Assembly: GCA_907165135.1 (NCBI GenBank)
Contig: OU015568.1
Span: forward strand, 7,130,001-7,194,000
Length of the DNA stretch: 64,000 bases
Source: Oikopleura dioica
Taxonomy: Eukaryota; Animalia; Chordata
Reading direction: 5' to 3'
A program made the position numbers and the translations under genes. Positions 12,736 to 22,568 of this stretch are shown piece after piece. Numbering within the stretch: the stretch's first letter is position 1; each line of letters begins with the position of its first letter. The notes under the pieces were generated by a model. The model worked only from the letters and a program-made list of their open reading frames with translations, was not told where the DNA came from and made no database searches.

Positions 12736-13196
12736 CGGATACCCTCGGTTCGCCGGGATATCCTCGGTTCGCCGGGATTCGGGCCAAAAAGTCCCGGCGA
12801 ACCGAGGATGAAGAAAAACGTTCTAGAAAATTTATCAAGATGGGTCTAGGATGAACCTGTTGTCGCTCACTTTATATAGATATACGTAAGGGTTAGGGGC
12901 ACTGGGCAAAATGACAGAACAACATCACCCGAGTGGGATAGGCTAGGGTTAGTTAGGGTTACTGAAGGTAAGGGACATTTGGATTTGATAATTTCTTTTT
13001 TTTTCTTTTTTTATGTCTGCCTTGTACTTTTTGAAGGACTGGGCATGAACGATCACAATATTCCCAGCAAAATCAACAAAAAAATTAGCGTTCAAGAGAC
13101 ATCGAAATGTTCATCCTCGGTTCGCCGGGATTTGGGCCAAAAAGTCCCGGCGAACCGAGGATGAGGGGAAAATCCCGGCGAACCGAGGGTCATCCG
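12736..13196. mobile_element. 461-bp inverted-repeat element with 7-bp flanking direct repeat
   Basis: Termini cggataccctcggttcgccgggat / atcccggcgaaccgagggtcatccg. AACTTTT flanks both sides (12729-12735, 13197-13203). Subterminal copies of cctcggttcgccggga occur in both orientations. Confidence 0.65.
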
Positions 13197-13635
13197 AACT
13201 TTTGACTTCAGATTCGAACTCTGGGGTACTAATTTACTATGTTCCCATTGTTTTAGCAAGAAATATCAAAAGCCTATTATAGGTATAATACCAGTAAGGA
13301 GTTCCCTTCAATTCGAGCGCGAAGCGCACAGTTTTTCTTTAATTTTACTTTTGGCTTGTACCGGCGGTACAAAAATTTTTGTACCGGCGTCGCAAATTTG
13401 TACCGTCGCCGCCCTACACCCGTTAAAATGTTGATCTCTCTCTTTTGCACACTTTAAAAATTTCACTATTATATTCACTCACTATTTAAACTGACCTGTT
13501 TACTAATAAATTACTAAAATATGATAGTGACTATTCATTTGAAAAAGTGCTCTTGTGATTTATCGATTTATTTGTTAACTTTAAAATGTTGAAGATTTGC
13601 GTTTTTGTGTATAAATAACAAAGAAAACATTTGTT

Positions 13636-14576
13636 CTAAAGTTGCGTCGAGTCATCAGAATAACGGGTGCCAGGAAAGCTGATTGGGTTGTTGAAGGAGG
13701 AAGCGGTCGGTTCGTAGAGACGGTTGTTCGTTCTGAAAACCGGAATAAATGTTGTTGATGATGCCCTTTCTAGCTCTAGTTTCGCAGGAAAACAATTAGT
13801 ACCCAGCCTTGCAAGATCTAATCCCTAGAGCAGCGCTTGATTCAACCTATTCTGCTATGCACTCTTTTTCAATTGTCGAGGTTCTGCGATACTAACGGAA
13901 GATACAGTTCATCTCTTGACAAATCAATTTGCCAGAAAGCGCTTGGACAAGAATCTTACCTCTGCGCCCTCCATCTCCAAACATAGAAAATAACCACGCT
14001 GGCTAGAGTGAAGGCGAGAATGATCGCGCCAAAGTACTGAAGAGAGCTCAAATCTCCTGAATCGGGCGAGATGACGTTTTTGAACTCGTCCGGCTCGTTG
14101 AATGATGGTTCCTTTGAATCTATTTCCTTCGAAGGTCATTTGAAAATTCTTTGAATCTTCCGATTTCTTTTCATAAGACCCTTTCCTGATCTTGACGTTT
14201 CTCTTCCTCATAGTCCGCATAATCGCGATTCTGCGGTGCTTGAGGAACGCCTGGCATCATCGTCGGTTCATCATCATTGCCAGCTTCTGTGGTCAGTTCC
14301 TCCTGCGCCTGGTTAATAGAAGTTTTTTCTTCGGTTGATAATCGGTTGGCTGCCATGTCTGAAATTGAGCTATCTCTTTTTGTCCAGAAATGATTAAGGG
14401 AGAGAGCGTTTTGTTTCTCCTATGAATAAGATATCCAGACTGGAAGGGTGTTAATTTTAAATGAGTTCTAGTTCGGTTTTAATTGAGTACAGACCAACTA
14501 CAGTACCTTCTGAATCTGCTGCTCTCTTTCCGCTTATTCCAATTACAAGCACAAAAAGCCTTATCCAAAGTACCAT
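13636..14576 (-). CDS. Type I single-pass membrane protein of unknown family
   Basis: Signal-like MVLWIRLFVLVIGISG; acidic ectodomain; TM segment YFGAIILAFTLASVVIFYVW followed by RWRAQR; last exon TNNRLYEPTASSFNNPISFPGTRYSDDSTQL*. Confidence 0.55.
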
Positions 14577-14993
14577 TGTTTTCTTTCTTCGAAAATCCTC
14601 TTTTTCCTCTATTTTCCTCCTTGATTTTCTGCTGCTAAATAAAGCCGGATCTTTTTCACTTGAGAGCGGCTCTCGAAATGTTTTCAACAAAAGTAAAAAT
14701 TTCCGCTTTTCAAAAAATCAGAATTTCGGATCTCCTCGGATCTGTTTTTAACCAGTTGTTAATTTTCCTACCCGGAGGGCGAAGCTAGTGGTTGACCTTC
14801 TGAATTACTCATGCCATGCAGTACTCAGTGACTGTATTTCGAAAAGATTTTGCAATTTTTGATTTAACATTTTTGAAGATTTTTCGTATCAATTTATTCT
14901 TAGAATAATGTTACAGATAAATTTTTTTATTGAACTTGAAATTTTCTTTATCAAAGATAAGGATGAAGACATGGCCGTTTTCATGGTGAATTC

Positions 14994-15916
14994 TCAGGTG
15001 GCGCTAAAGGGCGGCGGATCTTGTGGGTTCTGATCATTCTGAGCTGGTTTGTCCGGGAACAGTTCTGAAATAATTGATGATTTGATGGAATCGAGGCGTT
15101 AAATATTTACCATCGTATGTCGGTGGAATATCAATCTTCAAGTCGTCGGGCTTTTCCGCGTGAGCCCGCAGATCACGTGTAAGTGAGAACACTCGGCGGT
15201 TCATTAAAATCGCATTCTTGGCGCAGTTGCAAGCGTAAATGCCCATCACGCCGCACAGACTCGTCATCATCATTGTCCAGCTAAGCGTCAGCATGAACGA
15301 GTACTGGAAACACTGTTTCGTGGTTTCAACAACAAACAACCAAATCTGTAGAAGTGAAGAAAGAAACCAATTCCTGAATTGGGATTTTGGGAAAATCGAA
15401 GTCTTCGTAAGCATAGTCTTCAAAGCTGATGTAATCTTCGTCCAATTTGTTCAGCGAAACAAGCAAGAATCCGAAATACGCGGAAATGACAAAATAGACG
15501 ACGGCCAAGCCAGTAGCGGACTTTCAAAAGCTTCAGAATTTCAAATTTTTTATTTGGCTGAAACTCAAATTTGACAATAAAGGTCAAATTTGACCGGAGC
15601 AAATTTACACTTCTACTTTTTTCGACAAATACAGGGAAATATCAGTATTTTCTTGATTATTAAATTCAGAAGCCTTAAATAAGAAGTAAGCGTGAACAAA
15701 GAAATCTCCTTTCTATCCAAAGCCACCATGCTCGTAGTCGACAAAATCAGCTGAAGAAAGAGCAGTCCCGTCCAGTAAAAATACGGAGTAAGCGGCCCAT
15801 GACAGGAGGAGCTCGAAACTCCCGGTGTGATAACCACATCTGCCGAGGTGAACTGCACGCACAGGCGTGAAACGATGCTCGTGACTGTAATTGCTTAACA
15901 AGACGTTTATTGCCAC
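14994..15916 (-). CDS. Multi-pass membrane protein, LAPTM/DUF-like; start uncertain
   Basis: Several hydrophobic segments across exons. N-terminal CGYHTGSFELLLSWAAYSVFLL is reminiscent of the LAPTM N-terminus; the C-terminal tail carries PPTY and DPPPF PY-like motifs. Confidence 0.45.
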
Positions 15917-16493
15917 GTGATAAGGAAAAGTGACGCTTGAATTTTCAAAAGGGGCGTTTTAAAATTTGGCTAGGAAAGAATTTTTGGGGAGTAAAACTGG
16001 TCTTTTAAAAATAAAAAACTTAATTGATGAGAACTCATCAGTCATTAACCCTTTATCAATTCTGCGCGAGCGTTCTTCTTTTTATTCTGAATTACTAATA
16101 TAGCCCGACGGATAAAAATGAAGCGATCGATACTACTCATCATAATGCGCATTAAATATGACCGTGATTACATGAACCAGATGAACTCATGATGCTACTA
16201 ACTAAATGTCAAATCAGGGGCGAAGGAGTAAGAAATAAATCCAATGAAGAAGAACTCGACATGCTTTTATTGGACCCTGATTTGTTTCATTCCTAAAAGA
16301 ATGACATTCACTTCTTGTTTTTGGCGCTAATCCAGCAGTTTTATTGCCAATTAATGAAATTCGTAAAATTTGAATCAACCTTGATCGATGGCTTTTTATG
16401 GCACAGGTTTTACTCTTCCCCGTGTTTTTTTAACAAAGATCGTTAATTGAAGTTATCGCTAATTTCAAAGCTGTGACGTAGACTGGGCTGGGT

Positions 16494-16649
16494 AACCTGA
16501 GTAGAAAACCTGAGTCAGGGTCTGAAAGATCAAAAATTAAAAGCCGCGAAAAATTATCATTCAATCTTATTTTAAACTTCTGGCGAAGCCGCTACGCGGC
16601 TTTTCATTTTTGATCTTTCAGACCCTGACTCAGGTTTTCTACTCAGGTT
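16494..16649. mobile_element. Palindromic MITE (~156 bp)
   Basis: ~55-bp TIR aacctgagtagaaaacctgagtcagggtctgaaagatcaaaaat.aaaagccgcg and its reverse complement; shares the aagccgc/gcggctt motif with the 3081 element. Confidence 0.7.
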
Positions 16650-16736
16650 GCGAGCCAAGGATGTAGAAGCTCGCTTTTTTCTTACCTAAGATGGCAAAAG
16701 TAGTGTACCTAAGTCCCCGAAGAGACTTGTCAGGCG

Positions 16737-19700
16737 TCATTTTGACTGATAGTTTTTATCGCTTTCTTCTTGGAATTCTCTCTCTTTTTCCAGTTCCTTT
16801 CTTTTTCTGACTGCTTGGCCAAAGCAAATTTTAGTCTCTGGAGGTGTTTGCACTCTGGTGCTTCGCAGGGATCGTTTGGCTAGTGAATAATAATTTTTGC
16901 AACGCTGTAATTTTAGCAGCAGTAAAAAAGGAAAACGAATGAGTGAAATGGGAAGAATTTTTAAAGATCACCTGACTAGCGTGCTGTCGGTAGGAAAGGT
17001 TAAAACGCTAGAAAGTAATAATCTAGTGCGGGTGATAAAAATGGCGAAAAAAGAGGGTTAGGGTTAGTACATCCTTTTGGACTACAGTAAGTTGTATTCC
17101 TTAGAGAGCTACTGTATATTTTAAAAAGAGCTGTAATTGATCCAATTTTTTATGAAAATTATTTTACCTTTTTAATCGACTGACTCTCTTGAGGAAAAAA
17201 ATTTCTAAGTAAAAAGTCTTCTTTGTCGTATTCTCACCTTTTTAGTAGTATGTGGCCATGAACTTGGGTAGTAGTCGGAGCGTAGTAAACAATGCTCGGC
17301 CGTCGGTCATAAATAGGGATATCGCACAAATTTTCAGGTACCCGAAAAAAGGGTCCAGACCAAATTTTAGACAGATGATCTAGTAGAACTTTGGACGAGG
17401 ATTTCAATGCTACCAAAATCATTTCATAATAATGAGTCATTTTCGTAAAAATTGCCTTCAAAAAGCTCATTTTTCGGATCAGTACGAGGACTGTTTTGTC
17501 GTTAATGATTTTATATTTTTTCCTTATAGATATTGCGCTGAGAAATCCAAATCTGAAAAAAAATTCACTGACGCACCTCGCATTTTGAAAATATGATTTT
17601 TTAAAGTTTTCCGAGGTGAATTCTGAGCGGCGTTGCGTCATTTTGGAGGCGGCCGCACGGGGGCGCGCGCGCTGCATGGCCAAGCTAGCCCGACTCACAT
17701 TCTTTTCTCTTTACTATTTTATGCTATTTTCCATAAAATTGCATATTTTTGGAGCTTTTATCAGACTTCAGCAACAGACTTCTTGGCAAAAGTCCGCTAT
17801 GACAACTGATCCAGTATAAATTATACTGTATAATTGAGTACAAATAATAAAACTGCGTATGAGACCGTTCCTTTAAGATTCGCGCACTTTTCCGTAAAAA
17901 ATTGTTCAAAAATAAAAAAATTAAGAAACGGGGATGAGACGGCCCGAAGGGCCGGAAAGCCCCTCAAATTCTAAAATGAAGGAACGGGGCTGAGACGGCC
18001 CGTAAGGCCGGCAAGCCCCTAAAATTCAAAAGTAAAATATCGGGGCTGAGATGGCCCGAAGGGCAAACAAGCCCCTTCAATTAAAAAATTAAAGAACGAG
18101 GCTGAGACGGCCCGAAAGGCCGGCAAGCCCCTTAAATTCAAAAAAAGAGGAACGGAGCTGAGACGGCCCGAAAGGCCGGCAAGCCCCTTAAATTCTAAAA
18201 TAGAGGAACGGGGCTGAGACGGCCCGAAAGGCCGGCAAGCCCCTTAAATTCAAAAAATAAAGGAACGGGGCTGAGACGGCCCGAAGAGCCGGCGAGCCCT
18301 CAAATTCAGAAATAAAGGGGACGTGGCTGAGACATCCCGTTGCCCCGCTCCTTGATTTTTAAATTTAAGGGGCTTGACGGCCCTTTGGGCCATTTCAGCC
18401 CCGCTCCTTGATTTTTAAATTTAATGGGCTTGACGGCCCTTCGGGCCGTTTCAGCCCCGCTCCTGATTTTTAAATTTAAGGGGCTTGACGGCCCTTCGGG
18501 CCGTTTCAGCCCCGCTCCTTGATTTTTAAATTTAAGGGCTTGACGGCCCTTCGGGCCGTTTCAGCCCCGCTCCTTGATTTTTAAATTTAAGGGGCTTGAC
18601 GGCCCTTCGGGCCGTTTCAGCCCCGCTCCTTGATTTTTAAATTTAAGGGGCTTGACGGCCCTTCGGGCCGTTTCAGCCCCGCTCCTTGATTTTAAATTTA
18701 AGGGGCTTGACGGCCCTTCGGGCCGTTTCAGCCCCGCTCCTTGATTTTTAAATTTAAGGGGCTTGACGGCCCTTCGGGCCGTTTCAGCCCCGCTCCTTGA
18801 TTTTAAATTTAAGGGGCTTGACGGCCCTTCGGGCCGTTTCAGCCCCGCTCCTTGATTTTAAATTAAAGGGGCTTGACGGCCCTTCGGGCCGTTTCAGCCC
18901 CGCTCCTTGATTTTTAAATTTAAGGGGCTTGACGGCCCTTCGGGCCGTTTCAGCCCCGCTCCTTGATTTTTAAATTTAATGGGCTTGACGGCCCTTCGGG
19001 CCGTTTCAGCCCCGCTCCTTGATTTTTAAATTTAAGGGCTTGACGGCCCTTCGGGCCGTTTCAGCCCGCTCCTTGATTTTTAAATTTAAGGGCTTGACGG
19101 CCCTTCGGGCCGTTTCAGCCCCGCTCCTTGATTTTTAAATTTAAGGGGCTTGACGGCCCTTCGGGCCGTTTCAGCCCCGCTCCTTGATTTTTAAATTTAA
19201 GGGCTTGACGGCCCTTCGGGCCGTTTCAGCCCCGCTCCTTGATTTTTAAATTTAAGGGGCTTGACGGCCCTTCGGGCCGTTTCAGCCCGCTCCTTGATTT
19301 TTAAATTTAAGGGGCTTGACAAAGGCCGGGAACTCTGAGTAGATCAATTTGTTGTTTTTGATCAACATTTGATCAAATTGAGTTGATCAATTTGTTCCCA
19401 ACTCCGCCCACACCCATGGTTTTAAAAATTCATATTATATTAGTTTTTTCCTCTTTTATGGTTTTGATTTACCCGCCGATCTAGAAGGATTTATGCATAA
19501 TTTTGCGCTCCTTCGGAGCAAAATGAGCGACCATTTAACTTCGACTTTGGAAGGTTGCATTCCGAATAGAAGCGAAGGCTCAGCTCAGTTCAGCAATTTT
19601 GAGGTGAGGTTCAGCTCACCTCAGCTCAGCTCAATTTTTTTGAAAAAGTCTAGCTCTGCTCAGTTGTTTTCGAAAAGGGCCATCTCAGCTCATCTCAGCT

Positions 19701-21202
19701 CAATCTTGACCTCAGCTCTGCTGGCTCAGCTCAGAAAAAATTTTCAAAAATCTGCAACTCTGCGTGAAACTGATTTTCTTTTCTTCTCTTTCTTTTTGTT
19801 GAACAGGTTTGATTCACGTTCGGCGATGCGCGAACATGTCGCGGAACTTGTCCATCTTTTCGTTTTGATCTTCGAATTTGAGCTTGAGCTCTTCATATTC
19901 GAACTCCATCTGTTCAAATTGCTTGTTCGAGCTGCTTCCCTAAGAATCTCCTCGTTAGTTGCCGACATATGCTTCAGACATTCAATTTCTTCTTGGCATT
20001 TTTGAAGAGATACAGATTCGGCGAGAGTTCAGACTGGACCGATTGTTTTTCCTTGGTAACCGAGCCCATCTTCATTTTCAGCTGTTTGAGCATTGACATT
20101 TGTTTTCGTAAGAACGCACGGAGGTCTTCCAGCGTGTCAATCTTCGACTGAGAGTCGATCACATTTCGACACAACGAGTTCCTTCATCGTCCTCGACCGC
20201 AAAAAGAATTCGGAAAGAATCTTTGGCGCAATTTCTCGTTTCTGCGCGCAGTTTTTGCCTCGCCGATTCCACAACAGAAAAGAACTTCAAAGATGCGCTT
20301 TTATCTCTTGCTGATTCCTTGAGAGAACAGTTTTCGAGAAATAGCAAGCAAAAGTTACGCTTCTTTCACCTCTTGGACAGATGCTTCCCGACGAAAAAGG
20401 CTCGTAATGGCCAGAGTTGACTTTACATACAACCTTCAGAAACTCTCTACAGCGTCATCTTCCATAATTTTTGAATAAATGGTAAATAGAGTGGTCTTCA
20501 AGGATTATTTTGGTCCAAGAATCATGGAATTTTAACGCTCCAGTCCCGAGAAATCATCATTTTAGTAATGCTCACCGACCCTTTTTGTGAACAAGGCTTT
20601 CAGGAGCGTCAACCAATCAGCGCGCAGCTGAAAACAGAAAAGCGCCACAAGCGTCGAGAGAGAAAAAAACAACTCCCGGAAGTTCATTTCTAGCGATTGG
20701 AAGATGCGTCAGTGAAAATTTTTGCAGATTTGGAATTCTGGTTCAAATTAATGTTAGTCTAGCATTTAAAAAATCAAAGATCTTGAAAGCTTCACCAAGA
20801 TCGAAAAAATCACACTTTGACACGTCATTTTTACGATAATGACTAATAATTATGAAAAGATTTTTGCACCTCTAGAATCGCCGTCCAAAGTTCTACTAGT
20901 TCATCAATTTGAAAATTGATCTGGACCCTTTTTTCGGGTACCTGAAAATTTGTGCGATATCCCTAGTCATAAACCCTTTTGCCAAAGCAATTTGCTTCAA
21001 GCTGAGTCTTTAGCTTTCTCTTTCTCTCTCTTTGGAAAGATTGGCTGCACAAGATTGAATGCTCTTCGTCGCGATTATCTTTATGATTCGTGTCTTGATC
21101 TGTACCAGATCTCAGACTGCTGCCAGCAAGCCCAGTCTCCCGCGCCCTCCTCATTGGAGCCTGCACTAGGCCTAATCCTCCAGGGATCCCTTCAAATCTC
21201 AC
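16737..21202 (-). CDS. Probable unknown gene whose exon is split by the hAT-like element at 17314-20965
   Basis: Removing the element and one TSD joins ..EANCFGKRVYD to RRPSIVYYAPTTTQVHGHILLK in one open frame ending at a gtgag donor (~17237). A downstream coding-like exon reads NDPCEAPECKHLQRLKFALAKQSEKRKELEKEREFQEESDKNYQSK*. No homology recognised. Confidence 0.35.
17924..19320. repeat. 55-56 bp hairpin tandem array inside copy A, with an orientation switch at ~18330
   Basis: About 7-8 diverged forward monomers (ggaacggggctgagacggcccgaaaggccggcaagcccc..), then about 17-18 homogeneous reverse monomers (aaggggcttgacggcccttcgggccgtttcagccccgctccttgatttttaaattt). Confidence 0.95.
19824..20465 (-). 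pseudogene. Frameshifted coiled-coil gene fragment carried inside the hAT-like element (also at ~62135-62790)
   Basis: Overlapping frames give [55 protein letters not shown] and [33 protein letters not shown]. Composition is coding-like but continuity needs several frameshifts. Confidence 0.5.
20600..20720. promoter_or_regulatory. Promoter-like module inside the hAT-like element (also ~62930-63040)
   Basis: ccaatcagcgcgc (CCAAT), cccggaagt (ETS-type core) and gattgg (reverse CCAAT) cluster just upstream of the minus-strand captured fragment. Confidence 0.35.
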
Positions 21203-22568
21203 TTCTTGCTTTAATTAACAATACATACTGTACAAAGATACATTGGTATCTGCGGTCTTCTATCAATCAAAGTCATGTTCTGCCCTTGTTTCGTTCATAA
21301 ATAAGTGAGAAAGGAGCAAAGTTGAATGAGAAAATGAATAAATTAGCCCCAAAAAGATTGAAATAATCTTTAGACTTAAAAGTTCTGAGTAAAATCTGAG
21401 GAAGATTAGAGTAGTGAATAGAGCTCTAGATGATTATCCAATCCCTAAAGGAATATACTCGTTTTATTGCCCCTATTGTTGGGCTTATGAAAGAGTTTTT
21501 ACTGTACATTTTCAGTACCCTTTTAACAGATGTTTGTAGTATAGCCACGAGAGAATTAGATGAATTGTTAACGCGATACTGTGTCATAAAATGTATATGC
21601 TTTACAGAAGAATGAGAAAATGTGTTTAGAAGTCACAGGCTAATGCCCAAATTATTCTTAGTTGAGCGAGCTTCTACTGAAGACAAATGCATAAGTTATT
21701 AATAAATTGACCCGTTCTGTCATCTTAGCGCGCTCAAGATATAGCACTCTTGGTTTTGCTTTAGAAGCAGAATTCAAAGGAAAAGTGAAGACTATCAGAA
21801 CAAGCGTTTTTAGACACTTGCGCTGCGTTTGGATTATTATATAGTAGCTTGTTTATTTGCAAGTTTTTCTTTTGTAAGAAGGAGCAATGTACAGTCTTGG
21901 GGAGATAAAAAAACGCCTCTCTTGTAAATAGACAAAAATGGTGAAGTTTGTTACTATGAATTTTGCATTGTAGTTGAATATTTTGGTAACGATGGGAAAG
22001 ACTAGCTCAGTATTAATTACTTATTAGTTAGTCATCTAAATATATCTATCCACAGTTAAAGATCGATGGGATATGAATTAAACGCTATGTTTTCAGGTCA
22101 AAGTTTGTTATGTGAAAAAAATCTTGAGGAGGGCATTTGCACAGAAGTTTGTGATGTTGTTTTCAGTGGGTTGTTGAGAAAGGTCTGCGATTTTGAGTGT
22201 TGAAAGACTACTGTTGTTTGAAAACTATTAAATAATAATAAAAAACTTGAACTTGATAAACCATGCAACTAAATTTATCCTGATATCAATAAAAAAATAT
22301 GTCCCGGGAAACATATTCATTTTTGTGTCATTTTTGGTTATGGAATAAATTTTATTCATTCCAAATAATAAGTTAGGGCACCGTTCGAGTTTTTTTTCTT
22401 GTAAGAAGTGAGTTTGTTTGCACAAGATTCATTTGAAGAAGGATTGAAGCAGACGCGAGTTTGAAAGTTTGAAAAAATAGAGTGGTCGTTAAGACGTATA
22501 AAAAAGTTGAACAGAAGAATCTCGGTTCTGGGCACATTTTGTTTTAAATACAGAGCCTTGTAAATACT

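Larger units (their letters stand above)
17314..20965. mobile_element. Non-autonomous hAT-like DNA transposon, 3652 bp (copy A)
   Basis: 46-bp perfect TIR tagggatatcgcacaaattttcaggtacccgaaaaaagggtccaga (imperfect to ~85 bp); 8-bp TSD GTCATAAA (17306-17313, 20966-20973); TAGGG termini; nearly identical to 59636-63292; no transposase ORF seen. Confidence 0.93.

Noticed and set aside
12150-13420. Larger hAT-like element bounded by TAGGG (~12155) and CCCTA (~13415)
   Set aside because: The putative ends do not match beyond 5 bp and no 8-bp TSD flanks them.
17314-20965. Autonomous transposase in the hAT-like elements
   Set aside because: No long ORF and no BED-finger, DDE or hATC dimerisation motifs in any of the copies.
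21300-22540. ORFs at 21430 and 22228
   Set aside because: AT-rich intergenic/UTR sequence with non-coding composition.
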